A DNA stretch of 64,000 nt. Origin: Podarcis pityusensis (Eukaryota). The translations under genes were made by a program, and so were the position numbers. The stretch lies in NCBI GenBank assembly GCA_964106645.2, contig OZ067047.1; one strand, given 5' to 3'. Below, in pieces: positions 50,901 to 64,000 of this stretch (its first letter is position 1; every line of letters starts with the position of its first letter). Below the pieces are notes generated by a model. The model did not search any database, was not told where the DNA came from, and was given only the letters and a program-made list of their open reading frames with translations.

Positions 50901-53900
50901 CTAAATATGCTTTATGGAACACAATACTACTTTGTTGGGGGGGGGGGGAGAGAATGTGACTTTTCCCAGTAGCAACCAATAGTGTCATCTGAACCTCATT
51001 AGGAATCAGGGGGCACATAAGAAAACAGCCATAACTGAACTGATTGAGAAGATGCTCATTCCCCACAGCAATTCTTTATGCCTGCTTCAAGAGAAGTTGA
51101 TCTAAAAGTTGAATCTATGTACTTGTGACCACTTTCTGAATAGAATATAATTGTAAGATTTGTGGCATTCCACTGTTATTTGGTAGATATCTTCTTTTTT
51201 ATGGAGGTCTGCTTTGCATTTTAAGAATTATGGTTCAACTGATACGACCTTTGAAAATGCTTTCATGGCCCACCAACTACAGACGACACTGTGAAGCTGT
51301 AGCTCATAATGTTTGGGTACCTTAAATATACACTACACTGTTGGGAAATTAAATTGTTCTCCTTATGATTGCTATTAAATCGAGCAACACTTAACACCAC
51401 AAATAAACACAGTCCCTCACACAGGTCGGAACACTGATGCTTACACAACAGGCTGGAGAGAAGAAGGATAATTTTTGGTAGTTACAGAAGACAAACCATA
51501 TAAAGACACTTCATTCTGCCACATTTAGTAATACTTAATGAGGATTAAGTGGGGATCTAAAGCATTGTTAAACAGTTGTCTCCAAATACATATACTTGCT
51601 TTCAAACATTAACCAAGAATGGTTGAAGATTCTTCTGATAAATTTTAGTACAAACAAACCAAACCATCATGAGCAATAAAAATGGCGCTGCACTTTTGAG
51701 GATTTACAAATGTTTCCAATTTATATCACTCATCCATACCAAAGTTTTAGGGGAGAGGTTAGAGCTGAGATACGATTTACAAAAGGCAATTTATGTGAGT
51801 TCCAAAACTCAATCAAACCCACAAACAAGGCATGAAAGCAGCAACCCTCTCCTATTTCTCCCCAACAACTGAGCATCTTTCAGTGTGGAGAATAGCCAAT
51901 GGCACAACTAGCATCCATGAAGTGGTTCTTAAAAGCAGTGTAAAACAATAGCCATCACCAAATATTATAGTATATGATTGTTGCTAGGATAAATGGGAAG
52001 GAAGAGAATCACAAGCATCTTAGAGGAAAGGTGGGATATAAATGTAAAATCTAAAAAGTTAAGCACTTTCGAAGAGGGATATTGTAAAGAGCTTTTTGGA
52101 ATTCCCAAGTATACCATGTCAATTGGATTATCTACATATTTGCCAAAGCACACCAAAGCTTTGAGAGTACTTCCTTTTTCAGAAGCCATACAGTACTGAT
52201 TCTTCCTCAAATATGTTCTTCTATGGATTGTATCCAATGGTGCCCATGCATGGACTTCTGCTCACAAAACGAGCCTCCACCTTCCACTCCTCCCATCAGC
52301 ATACTCCCATTTGCTTCAGAGACTTCCCCAGCCCTCTGGAGCAGATTTGGAGGACACGCAGGAGAGAGAAAATAAAAGTGAGGTCCTTTTGTGCAAAAAG
52401 AAGTCTGCTTGTGCAATGCTGGCTTCCACTCAGCATGTTTAATAAGTCTAGGTTTAATTATGCCTTCAACCAATTTACTTGGGGTGGAGGTTTGGCTAAT
52501 AAGCCTGTAATTTCCTGGCTGTCCATTGGTTCCCTTTTTAAAATGTGTGGCATTGGCTTCCTTCCACTTCTCTAGCAAGGAGGCCCATTTTTAGTGACAA
52601 GTTCTCTGCCTATTATTTTTAGATCATCAGTAATATCACATCTGACCTCTTTAAGAGGGTTGTTAATTTTTTGTCAAGTTTCCATATCTTGTCACCTCTA
52701 TTTCCCTTCTAATCCCCCTTCCCAAAAAAACCTGATTCAGGTGTGGATATGTACTAAATAACCAAGAATGATATCAAACATCCATTAGCTTCTCTGCAAT
52801 CTTGTTATACTCCTTCAGTTAACCTTCTGTCCAACTGCTTTCTTGTATGTTGATATTCTATTATTGTAAGTAGTTTTGGAGGCCCTGAGGCACAAAGGTA
52901 GGCTATTAATATTTTAAAGAAAACAAGCAATCTATCCAAGTTTTTGGCATAAGTGCTGCAATATATTCAGTATGCAATTGACTGGTCTCTGACACACATG
53001 ATTGTAATCCAATATCTTCCACCACCAGCACTAGTACCTCCCAAAAAAACCCCAACAAAACCAATCCAGTTTCTGTGCTTCCATGCTACAGGGGAAGTTG
53101 ATTTAGAAAGTGAGGGGTATTTCAGAAGTATGGCAAGATGGTCAGCAGGTCAAAGTAAACTACAAGGCTAGTGCAATTTCCCTGAGTGAACCAAGTAGCT
53201 CCATTTTATACAAGTCAGGATATTCTCAGACAGGTAAGATATGGTTCACTGCAGAGGTCTTACTAGCATATTGAAGTATTAAGTGATGATTGATCATTTT
53301 AAGGTTCCTACTTGGTGATCTGAATAAATCCTTTTCTGATTTCAGAAAGGTAGGAAGTACTAACCGGGATTTCATTAAAATGCAGGGGAGGTTTTTTGTC
53401 TGTTTGTTTTAATTTAGACCAACTGTTGTTCAAAATACAGGTGTTTAGTGACTACTCTCCCTTTCTCTTTTCTAGGTCTTCTATAGGAACAAGCAAAAAG
53501 CTATTATACATACCTGGTCCAGTTTGGCATCTTCGACCACTTTCAAATGAGAAGAGATTGGAATCGTAGCCATAGCGGCGCAGACAGAGGTAATGCCATT
53601 TGACAGAATCCCGTTTACGGGTATACAAGATTAGTTCTGTGTCTGTAAGTTCCATTATACCAGAACCCAACTCATTACCGTCATCATCCACATTAATAAC
53701 CTATAAAATAAAATGGATACTATATATTTAAAGCAAACCTCAATTTATTAAGCCACAGTTATGTACCTTACCTAACTCTACTGAACAAATATTTCTTACA
53801 AATATTTAAAACTATAAAATAAATCTATAAAACTAACAAATAAATTTGGCTTCCTGATATAATACAGTTCAAATGTATTTTATTTTCCTCTTAACATGGG

Positions 53901-54300
53901 GCCATGACTATGCAGGCCACATATATTTCCACCCTCCCTCAAGACTGGCTATTAGTGGTGGTTAACTATCTTTAGCTAATAATGCTAAGAGATGTGAAGA
54001 CAGAAATCTAGGCTGTCTCTGTGGTAATTAGACAAGAGTCGGTTACTATATGTAATACAAATACTATGGCTTAATTTATTTTTGAACAACCTATCTACTT
54101 AAAAAGCAAGTCCACCAAGAGAGAAAGAAAAATCCAAACATTTCCAAATTGCCCTACTGATTTCACATTTTCTGTCCCTAACCTGCCGCCACATAATCTG
54201 AATTCTGTGCCCATTAAAGGTGACAAAACCCTACCTTGAATTTGTTTCGATGGTTATCAGGGACTGCTTCTTTATCTGGACAGCTACAACAGCTACCCAT
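46995..54300 (-). CDS. FRS2: Fibroblast growth factor receptor substrate 2 (FRS2-alpha), 5 coding exons, 521 aa
   Basis: Exons 54300-54235, 53700-53514, 48886-48728, 48501-48338 and 47984-46995 sum to 1566 nt in frame. The product has the N-terminal lipidation motif MGSCCSC, an IRS-type PTB domain, YVN/YEN Grb2 sites, NYIQV/LYAVI Shp2 sites and the C-terminus RHNSTDLPM. Confidence 0.97.
48241..48303 (+). mobile_element. Bov-B/RTE LINE 3'-end fragment
   Basis: GTCCATGGGGTCACGAAGAGTCGGACACGACT followed by an (AAC)-type tail, the characteristic Bov-B 3' terminus. Confidence 0.8.
48338..48501 (-). CDS. FRS2: FRS2 coding exon 4
   Basis: PGLSGQSLPNGYPRYPSYGDASSHPSSRHPSVGSARLPSVGEESTHPLLVAEEQ. Confidence 0.95.
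48728..48886 (-). CDS. FRS2: FRS2 coding exon 3
   Basis: IFAFKCARAEELFNMLQEIMQNNSINVVEEPVVERNPHQTEMDVPRTPRTPT. Confidence 0.95.
50046..50159. mobile_element. hAT-Charlie-type MITE
   Basis: Long TIR CAGTGTTTCCCAAACTTGGGTCTCCA; 8-bp TSD GAGTAGAC/GAGCAGAC. Confidence 0.8.
52400..52800 (-). mobile_element. Degraded CR1 LINE ORF2 (RT region) fragment
   Basis: WKEANATHFKKG...PGNYRLISQTSTPSKLVEGIIK resembles the CR1 motif WxxAxVxPIFKKG...PGNYRPVSLTS. Confidence 0.7.
53514..53700 (-). CDS. FRS2: FRS2 coding exon 2 (PTB domain)
   Basis: VINVDDDGNELGSGIMELTDTELILYTRKRDSVKWHYLCLRRYGYDSNLFSFESGRRCQTGP. Confidence 0.95.
54235..54300 (-). CDS. FRS2: FRS2 first coding exon
   Basis: MGSCCSCPDKEAVPDNHRNKFK|gtagg; exon acceptor at 54326. 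Confidence 0.93.
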
Positions 54301-54817
54301 GACTTCTTTAGAAGACCATGTGATTGCTAAAACCAAAGTAAAAGAGAATGCATTTCAAAAAGAGAAATGAAAACAAACATGCAAATAACATATAAATTGA
54401 CTATGTACCCAAACCATTAAAGAAAGTTGGCAGAAGAAAGACAATTGTACATCAATGTCAAGACAGAATATAAGCATGTATTGTAGAAAACTACATTATA
54501 GGGTGAGCTCCAACATGGCATGAGTGAGTGCCCACTGGGGCAGTGGGATTCCCCGGTCCTCCTTCCCCCCTCCCCCCAAATCTGCTCCAGGAGTAAATTG
54601 GAAGTCCTGTTGCATTACTTCATTTTATGCAAGTGAGTGGACATAACTGGATCTTACTCACAATAAGATCCTGGAAGTCCTGCTCCTTGCTTTGCTGGTC
54701 TATTTCCACCTGGCTTGGGACCTCCAGCTACAAAAGTTGAGGCTGCTGAACAGACTTTTGGCCTGGGGATTTGTTTAGTATTTGTTGCTGTTACTCATAT
54801 TATTTTTTTGTGTTTCT

Positions 54818-54872
54818 TGTATTGTATTGTATTGTATTGTATTGTATTGTATTGTATTGTATTGTATTGTAT
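54818..54872. repeat. (ATTGT)n pentanucleotide microsatellite
   Basis: Seen directly. Confidence 0.9.
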
Positions 54873-55076
54873 TTTTTGTATTTCTTTTTAGATCTTATTA
54901 TGATTTATTTGAATTGTTTGATTTAGTTGTGAACTTTTCGATGTGCTTTATTTACTACATTTGTAATTATGTATTTATTTTCATGTTGCAAGCCGCCTTG
55001 AGCATGGTTTTTAACTATTCAGGCAAGTTCAGAAGGTGGTGAAGAGAAACATCCGGCCAAAGGTACGTACACTCAC

Positions 55077-55176
55077 CTAGATTTGGCCATTAATATTTCT
55101 AGCCTCTGGTACAGCATCAGTACTTCTGTCATACTTCAAAACATCATGTCGCCCTTCCACATAAATGAGTTACGAC
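55077..55176 (-). other. FRS2: Probable FRS2 5'-UTR exon (100 nt) carrying upstream ATGs
   Basis: Strong acceptor (actttgatttttag|G) and donor (CTAG|gtgagt), about 750 nt upstream of the ATG-containing exon. Vertebrate FRS2 is known to have several non-coding 5' exons. Confidence 0.65.
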
Positions 55177-56369
55177 CTAAAAATCAAAGTTTTAAAAACA
55201 GACTATTATAGAGGCTCAAGAAAGCTGTTTTGAATAAAAGTTGGTTCCGAAAGCAAAACAAATTAGATAAGTCATATTTGCAGAGAATAAGTGTGCACAT
55301 ATGTGCTGGCCATAACTCATTCTAAAAGGGGTAATTCATAAAAACACTATATTTTTTTGCTGTTACAGTATTTTTACCACCATTCTGTTCTTTAACTGAA
55401 GATTGCTACTTAATCGAGAAACACAAATAACATAAAAGACAGCATAAGATATTGCAAAGATGTCTTCTGCTGGAGGGGTGTGTGGATCAATTATTACATT
55501 TACTTTTCAATAATTCCACCAGGTTTCTGGCTGACCGCTTGCAATGTCTACTAGAAAAGCATCCAAGTGGCTAACTGAAGCAGCCAAATTATATAAGTAG
55601 CTAGCACTGCACTGAAGGGAAAGGGGAGGTCTTTTGAGATCACATAAAGCTTCAGAACTGCTCCAAACATCTATCAACTCCTCTCTTCCAGTTTTGAGCT
55701 AGATTCGCATACAGATTCTCTGAGTGTAAATTGGGGACTGTTGCCTAGTCTTTTCCTGAAGCAAAGATCTTTCAGCTTCTTGCTTTCTCCTAGCATTTGT
55801 TCCCACTATCTTCTCAAAGTCAGCCTCTTACTATGCTTGTTCTGTATGCTGCTATCTTAGAAGAACTACGTCTTCAAAGAATATACTACACATTGGTGCA
55901 GTATTATGTAGAAGTTCTTGTTCAAATGTGCAACTAGAGAACATCTCAGATGAGTCTCACATACAGCACTTGCAGTCACCACGTTGCAAAAGCAAATCAG
56001 GTCTGGTAAGTGACAGGAAACCATTGGTATGCTATCTTGGGATCCATGGTGGAAGAAATGTGAGACATAAATGTAAAAAAAATAATATTTAACCTACTCC
56101 CCCATAAAAGGTCCTAATACGTACATCCTTTCCCATTAACACAACACAAGGTGGTAATGATGTAACAGGTCTACTTCTCTCAGAAGCAGAATATAATGTG
56201 CACACTTTAAAAAGAACAAATGTACCGACTACACGTTAACTTGCATTGCAATATTACAAATATTCATTCTGTCAACATTACATATTTGGGGTGGGGCAAA
56301 AATATGATTCCATTAAATGAAAGCCTTTTGATAACTAAAAAAAAAATGGGTTAACATTGTGCAAATCCA

Positions 56370-56630
56370 GTGTAGGATCCAAAGCAATGGATTCAAATTT
56401 CAAGAAAGGAGATTCCAACTAAACATTTGGAAGAACTTTCTGACGGTAAGAACTGATCGAGCATAGAACGGGCTATCTCAGAAAGTGGTGGACTCTCGCT
56501 CTTTCAATATTTTAAAACAGAGGTTGGATGGCCATCTGTCAAATATTCTTTAGCTGATATTCCTCCATTGCAATGATTTGGCTATAGATGACCCTTGAGG
56601 TCCCTTCCAACTCTACAATTCTGCAATTCT
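56370..56630 (+). mobile_element. CR1 LINE 3' end
   Basis: GGAAGAACTTTCTGACGGTAAGA...GATGACCCTTGAGGTCCCTTCCAACTCTACAATTCT; shorter CR1 tails near 35200-35295, 59797-59855 and 63063-63122. Confidence 0.75.
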
Positions 56631-57146
56631 CAGGTTCCTTTGATGCTATCCTCCAAAAGAGCTGAAAATATGTGTTGTGGTCACCAACAGTGGTTTACGA
56701 AAGCTCCATTCAACATTTTTGTTTCTGCTTCAGTGTCAAGTACTAAGCCCCACCCTTCATTTGTGCAATCTAGTCTGTTTCTATTTAAACAGACACTTGG
56801 GTCAGTTCTTTTCATGTTATGTAAATTAAAATCAAGTACTTCTGCTAAGGCTGTAGTAAACATAAATTAATTCAGCACAGATGGACCAAATTATCAAGAT
56901 CAGAACCTGGCTCTTACTATACAGCCACTGTTATAAGAAGATTTTTTTTTTCACTCAAAAAGCTGTTTAATTATGTGTATTAAATAAAGCATTACTGTTT
57001 TCTAAAGTAAACATTCCCACTGGGCATTCCTTTCATCTTGCATAATTATATTGCACTGGGAAGACTTCGTTTGTGTTCTCTAAGTTTACACACAGCTATT
57101 ACTGCTTTTTTTATACAGCTCACACATCTGATCCACAATTCTAGAG

Positions 57147-58029
57147 CAGTGTTTCCCAACTGGGGGGCCATATGGCCCCCGGGGGGGGCCAGGATAATCC
57201 AAGGGGGCCACAGGTGAACATTATGTAAATGGGGGCACAGCAGGGGGCTAGGAGGTCACAGAGGGAAGTGAGAAGAAAAGAAAAGAAATATTTTAAAAAA
57301 AAGAAATCCTGATTGGCTGGCTATCTGCTTGGCCAATCACAACCAGGTAAGGGGGCATCCCACCAAGAGGCAGCCTACCTTTTTGCCACCTGCATTTTCT
57401 TGGAGCAGTCCTGGTTTGTTTCCAGCAAGGGAGGGTGATTGCTGAGGCTCCCATTTTGCCCACTGCTTGTAGCTGCCACCAGCGCTGGGCCAGGTGGCAG
57501 CCTGGGCCTGACTCTGCAAGGCGCGGGGTGTAATCCACCCCAGCGTCTAGCAGATCAGGGCCTTCAGATGTTGCCAAGGGGAACAGCAAAGAACCTGCAC
57601 AAGCAATGCTGACACCAAACCCTACATATAGTAAGTACAGTGGTGCCTTGCAAGATGAAATTAATTCGTTCTGTGAGTTTTTTCGTCTTGCAAATTTTTC
57701 GTCTTGCGAAGCACGGTTTCCCATAGGAAACCCTGGGTATTAACGGTTTTAAGAAAAAGGAAACAAACTTGCAAGACGTTTTCGTCTTGCGAAGCAAGCC
57801 CATTGGGAAATTCGTCTTGCGAAGCAACTCAAAAAACCAAAAACTCTTTCGTCTTGCGAGTTTTTCGTCTTGCGAGGCATTCGTCTTGCAAGGTACCACT
57901 GTAAAATAGAAACATCGCCACCCGACCCCCCCATCTCCCCCCCACCTCTTTCTACCAGTAGGATGGGGGGGGGCACAGGAAGGAAACATTTGGAAGGGAG
58001 CCATGATCAGAAAAAAATGGGAAACACTG
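57147..58029. mobile_element. Non-autonomous hAT-Charlie element containing a nested mariner MITE (57638-57901)
   Basis: CAGTGTTTCCCA...TGGGAAACACTG ends; 8-bp TSD TTCTAGAG/CTCTAGAG; inner TA-flanked CAGTGGT...ACCACTG element with TTCGTCTTGC repeats. Confidence 0.8.
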
Positions 58030-60211
58030 CTCTAGAGCACAGTCTTTCAAAACATCACAAACAGAAAAATATCTATGTCTCCTTTCTTTGTCACCAGAGT
58101 CTTCTTAAGGGACTCACAAGAGGGTGCCATTTTCATTGCCAAACCTTACTTAAAGGTTTGGTGAAACAAACTGTTCAGCTTTATCTGTTGCAGAACACAC
58201 ATAAATTATAGAGTAACAATATGGGCAATAGTTACCATGGATTTAAAAAGCAAATGTTGCTTAATGTGAGTCAACCATTCAAAGAATATGCCTATGAAGT
58301 TTATCCTATGATAGGGTGCAAATATATTAGTCTGATCCTTGGATAATCAAGTTTCTTAACTTTGACTAATTCCTAGATTCATTGTTGCCTACTACAAATG
58401 CAGGGCAACAATATTTATTGTAATTGAAGAATACTATAATTGAAGAAAAGGCTGTGATTATTTATTTTGATAAACCTAAGCACAGATGATGGTAGAGAGC
58501 TGGCAACTGAATGTTTGGTTCCATTATACTGCTATAGGAAAGTATCCATTTTAAAATGCTGGACCCTGAATGGCAGTTCTGCAAACAAAATGCCTTTTTT
58601 TTCTTTTAGAAATATATATGGAGTGCCGTCCTATTCACTCAGAACAAAAATAATTTGCATCATTATTGGAGGAAACAAATATCCAGTGGCTAAAAAGGGA
58701 GAAACAAATCATGGGCATACTTCCTGGTTCTAGTCACTGAAACTAGGGATACCTAAACTAACAAAAGTGGTTGATTTAAAAAAACCTGCTGTCTTAAGCC
58801 AACTACATCTCACTAGATCAAAATCTAGCAGACAAGCAGTTAACCACCAATGCACTGAATACTGATTTTAAAGATTGTTTTGTTTCTCAGAGAGGGCCTG
58901 GCTCTTCAACCAAGACTTCCTCTTGTGGCTTATTTTGAGAGAAACAAGCCAACATTCTGGCTTGTTTCATTCTGCCTTGGGAAAAGGAAGAGCAGGACAA
59001 GAGCAATTTGTCCAGCAGCACCCTTGGTCATTCATGGCAAGCCATAGTTTGGCTTCCTGTAACATGTGAACCAAGCCATTTTTTCATTCAAAGGCTAAGA
59101 AGGAATGCAGGAATTGAAGAAACTTACAAAGATAGTATTAGATTTGCCAGTTTTTAAAGACTTTTTTTTAACTAGAAGAACTAGCAAAAACAAAAAAACA
59201 AGCACACACCACTTTAGTCAGTCTAAAGTTTTAATATACAATAAGTGACTGTTATAATTTTCTTGTACCAGAATACAAAGAAGATGCTTAAACGTACTGT
59301 ATAATGAATAAACTGAGAGAAGTCAACAAAATAAGGTATTTACTAAGATTCAGACCGAAGTGCCAAAGCTGCCTGTTTTCAGAACATGAAAGAGAGACTA
59401 CATTCAGTTTCAAACTTTATGAACACATTCCTCAAATACCAGTAATATTAAAGGTCTCAGAAGAGGCAAGACCTTTTCCCCCAACCTTAACATCAGTTTA
59501 ATCCTTGGAACAGCTGATTAAAAAATGCCTGTAGTTTAGTTGAACTTGTCAGTTTGAGGAGAAAATCCAACATTCTGAAGGAGAAAAGCTGAAATCGTGA
59601 AACAGCTTTTACACTATTGATAAGTCTGAAACTTTTAGAAATCTCACTTCATGTTTGCTCCTTCAAATTCTAACATTTCTGCTGCAACAACATACAGTAA
59701 TTCTTAAAATGGTTATTTAACTCATTTTCACAAGGCCTGCACCATTTCATCATTTGAAATATTCCTTTGGTTAATATGGGTTACAAACTTTGATTAGAAT
59801 CACAGAATTATAGAGTTGGAAGGGACCATAAGGATCATCTAGTCCAACACCCCAGTGTCCTTTCATATTGTCCAGCTTGAGTGCTAATATTTACAGGAGA
59901 ACCCCGGTTAGGGTCTCCTACCCAATAAGATCGCTATGGTGGGGACTCATGGGTGGGCTTTATGGGTGTGATCCCACGCCTCTGCAATGACATTCCCTCT
60001 AAACCATGTCGTATCATGACATTGTTCTCATTTTATCATCGGGTGAATACACACATCAGCAGGGGGAGGGGGCTTTGAGAGAAGGTTCGGCTATTGCCAT
60101 TTGGTTTGTATGTAATTTATGTTGGCTTGTTTTAATATAGTTTATTGATTTTAGTTTTAATTTTGTGTATTTCTACCCTTGGACCTGCAGGTGAAGGGTG
60201 GTCTATAAATA

Positions 60212-60219
60212 TGATAGAT

Positions 60220-60259
<40 letters not shown>
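60212..60259. repeat. (GATA)n microsatellite
   Basis: Seen directly. Confidence 0.9.
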
Positions 60260-60260
<1 letters not shown>

Positions 60261-63136
60261 CTGCCTAGTTTATCTTTTCATCTCTATCTTTTGACTATAT
60301 CATTTAGAAATCAAATAATTTAGGTAACAAAAAAGCCAGTAATATAAAAAATCCATATGACTAAATCTACAGTTCCTTTTGAGATAAGTGTTATCCGAAG
60401 ATGGATTTGAATGTTCCTTGTCCCTGGGAAAGCCAAGTCATCAAAATCCAGAGGTTGGAGGTATCAATTATCTCTGCAGTTACAAACTGCGCATCACATA
60501 CAGCAGTGAGTCGCTCATCACTATTCCTCAAAATCACAAATGTACTGTTTTTCATAGTACACTCCAAGTGCTTTGGCTCCTATGAAAATGAAGTAATTGG
60601 AAGCCTCACACAAGCTTCAACAGAATTGTAAATTGCTACACACCGCCCACATAGCTTTGAGTGCTTGAGTGTGTGTGATTAGGAGGGCTGATGCATGATC
60701 ACACCAAATTCCTTCCCTTAACTCACAGATCAAAAACTTGCCCTCTCAGCTACATTCTTCTTTAAACAGTCACTGTTACCCTGGTAACCCTATGCTGCTG
60801 ACACAGGCAGCTGGTCCATTTAAAGTCAGCCCTAGCTGGCAACCAAAATGTTTGTTCAACCAGTTGGGAATAGTTTCTCTCAATTCCAGAGAAGTTGCTG
60901 CTTTGTACTTTTCAATGCCACCCCCATTTAAATGTTTTCATTTTGACACATTTTTTTAAAATACAAACTTAAACTACTCTGATTATTTATACACTGTTTT
61001 ATTCTTAGAAATACAAACTTACTGCAAAGCTTTAAAAACTTATGCTCAAATATAAGAGGGAAGGAGAAGGGAACCCATTTTAATTTTTTTAAGTACACAT
61101 AGCAAAAGCAATCAGATTCTTTTGTCTTCTGCATACATCTATAGTACAGATTGTTGTAAATATGAATGGAAGCCTTCTGCAAAAAAATATCTGAGTTCAA
61201 ACCCCATTTCATGAATTTCTGGTAGCCAAAAAAATGTATTTTTCCTGAATCAAGATTATAGGAACACATTTCAGTTACTTTGTAAGTTATCTCATAGAAT
61301 ACAATTTGTCTGCTTTGGCTTTTACTGGTAAAAAGAAGGGGGAAATGCAGTCCAGATATTGAGGTCCTTTCTTAATAAAGATAGGAATGAAATTACAAAT
61401 CCTCCAACTGTCCCTGCCAGACAAATACAGATAATGAGCCAACTTTATTTCAAGTGCTCAAAGATGTCCAGTTCTGCCCATTCACCCTCCCAGTTTAGTG
61501 CACTCTAGTCTTTACTTGATTAGGTAGAAATAATTTCTTTTGCTAACCACTTAATTTTATTGCTGAGATAATCAAATGGTACAAGGCCATAGCATGGGCT
61601 AACACTCCATGGCTCTGAAAAGAAGGATGGCCAACGTCTTAAGTCTGTGAAGATCTCTCCATTAACAGTGGTAGAAACACTGGAGAAGATTTTTAACAGG
61701 ATTTTATGAGGTTAATATCAACTAAGCACTTGTGCGCCACCTGGAAAGCACACAATACAAATGCAAAGAACTTTACAACCTACAAGTAGGCATTGCCAAA
61801 GCATTCTGCTTTCTATTTACATGCTTTTTTTGAATATGAAATGTCTTAAGAGTATTGGGGGGGGGGACCTTCCCACACCTATCAAGAGGTAATCTTTATG
61901 CTGAGAGTTCTTATACTTTACAGTGCTAGCATACTAATCTTGACTGTCAAAGCAACCAATAATGAAAGCAAACAAGCAATAATCTCTACTGGATGTGACT
62001 GAAACATGTAAACATCGGTACTGAGTCAAACAGGGTTTATTACTATTGCAGTACACAGAAAGAAGTAGTAGCAGACTTAAAATTGGGCCTTATGCCATTT
62101 ACAATAATGCACACGCAAAAGCCAGTCACCTGCTTTTTCTTGTCTCCTGTTCCTAAATCTGGCTGCACATCAGGGAGATCCTCTCCTTCCATTCTGGTAA
62201 CCATGCCATATCCAATTCAAATCATTCTTACTTGCTTTTCTTATTAGTTTACTGGCAGTCAATACATTTTTCTGTATCAAAAAATTAAATCCACAAACTG
62301 TTCAGGAAAAAGTAATTGCAAGGACAGAATATGTGTCATTATGTTTCACTGTCCATTGCATTTCTCTTGAAATTGCTTTCATGCTGCATACAGAGTTGTC
62401 TTAGGACATTGACACCTCAAGATAAAAGTAGTTGCCTGGTGGGGAGGGGAATATTTCTTGTTTGGATACTTCTAGAATCCAAAGAGATATTTAAGCTTAG
62501 GCTCTGTTGAACTTGATAGGAGGACTAGTGTGTCATCTAACAACAGTGTAAGATTCACAGAATTGGAAACAGTTCTTTATTTTCACTGCTGGTGCCAGAA
62601 TCCTCTCCTTGACAGAAACAGTATGCCAAAAGTACTTATTAAGGAGTAAGATAATCCAAGTCAGTTCCCATACGAATATTTTCTTGTAACCCCAAATTTT
62701 CTGGAAAGTATTGTTGGCCAAAAGCAGCCTCTACAGGAACTAGTGAGTTAACCTTGTTGGACTGTGATGACGCAAAAGTAGCTCCAACATGCTATCCTAC
62801 CGCTTGTCCAGCACCTAGTACTACTTGGGAGAGACAAGGGGACTCTTCAAATACCTTGCAGACCTCCAATAAGCTTTCTTTTCCCTGTCTAGCCACAAAA
62901 GCATGCCAATCTTTGTTGTTTACATACAAAGCAGAATCCTGCCAGAAATCCCTAGTTCTACAGAAAAAGGTCCATTCTAATATGCCATCTGTCCATTTCA
63001 AATTCTTTAAACAGGACACTGTGAAGGAACACTCACAGACTTATGAACCCAGCTCCTGACAGTCATAAAATCATAGAGTTGTAAGGGACCCAAGGGTCAT
63101 CTACTCCAACCCCCTGCAATGCATCCTCCTCTATAT

Positions 63137-63490
63137 AGGTAAAGGTAAAGGTACCCCTGACCATTAGGTCCATTTGTGGCCGACTCTGGGGTTGCGGCGC
63201 TCATCTCGCCTTATTGGCTGAGGGAGCCGGCGTACAGCTTCCGGGTCATGTGGCCAGCATGACTAAGCCGCTTCTGGCGAACCAGAGCAGCGCACAGAAA
63301 TGTCGTTTACCTTCCCGCCAGAGCGGTACCTATTTATCTACTTGCACTTTGACGTGCTTTCGAACTGCTAGGTTGGCAGGAGCAGGGACTGAGCAACGGG
63401 AGCTCACCCCGTTGTGGGGATTCGAACTGCTGACCTTCTGATCGGCAAGTCCTAGGCTCTGTGGTTTAACCCACAGCACCACCAGCGTCC
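63137..63490 (-). mobile_element. Sauria SINE
   Basis: Close to the reverse complement of the 20215 copy; AAAGGT repeats at the tail. Confidence 0.88.
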
Positions 63491-64000
63491 TACTCCAATT
63501 AGATAACAACAAAATTTGTGTTTGCCACCAGCTTCATGCCTCCCTGAAGGGAGAGACAGGGCACCTTCAGTGCCTCTGAAGTCCAGTGAGACTTCAGGGG
63601 TAAGTCTGAGCTGAAATGGGTAGACATGGAGGAACACTTGATATGACTGCAGCAAGCAACTTTTCTTTCTTATCTCCACTCTATAGCTGCCTTTCTACAT
63701 ATAGTACCAAAGGTGGCTAATGGTAATAATAAAAATACAGTAAGTCCATTTTATAGTTAGTAGAGAACACAAATCAAAGCCACATCGCACATAATAAGAT
63801 GAGCTGTAAAACCTATTAAGGCAAGCTGCAAATTAAGAAGTCAAGTCAGCTGAACCAGCCTGTCTAGGTTGCTTTTTTAAGTCTTTGTCAAGAAAGTGGA
63901 AGGGCACCTGAAATTGGCTAGACAGCCTTCCCAGGGAAGGACTTCCAAACTTTGGGCACAGCCACCAAAAAGGCCCCAAGCCCTATTCACTAAGAGGTAC

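Noticed and set aside
57660-57895. Regularly recurring TTCGTCTTGCG motifs resembling a CRISPR array
   Set aside because: Eukaryotic context, repeats too short and irregularly spaced, and enclosed by mariner TIRs.

Overview
Eukaryotic genomic DNA from a squamate, most likely a lacertid lizard (inferred from Sauria SINEs, a Bov-B tail, CR1/L2 fragments and lizard-type MITEs). It covers the FRS2-CCT2-LRRC10 block plus a nothepsin-type aspartic protease gene. I assembled four coding genes by hand with phase-consistent splice sites: nothepsin (- strand, 9 exons, 18516..6213, 400 aa, DTGS/DSGT catalytic motifs), LRRC10 (+, single coding exon, 22922..23752), CCT2 (-, 16 exons, 35695..25449, 535 aa, one GC-AG intron) and FRS2 (-, 5 coding exons, 54300..46995, 521 aa; its first exon(s) probably lie beyond the window). 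Three intact solo LTRs with target-site duplications lie in or near nothepsin. The most notable observations are: (1) a solo LTR about 0.5 kb upstream of nothepsin whose putative U3 is filled by an intact 109-aa ORF with an acidic N-terminus and a C-terminal HMGN-like RRSARL motif; (2) a spliced 24-aa uORF in the FRS2 leader that stops 7 nt before the main ATG; (3) a near-consensus estrogen response element between nothepsin and LRRC10; (4) a 7-aa tandem expansion in FRS2. All coordinates were counted manually and no database searches were run.
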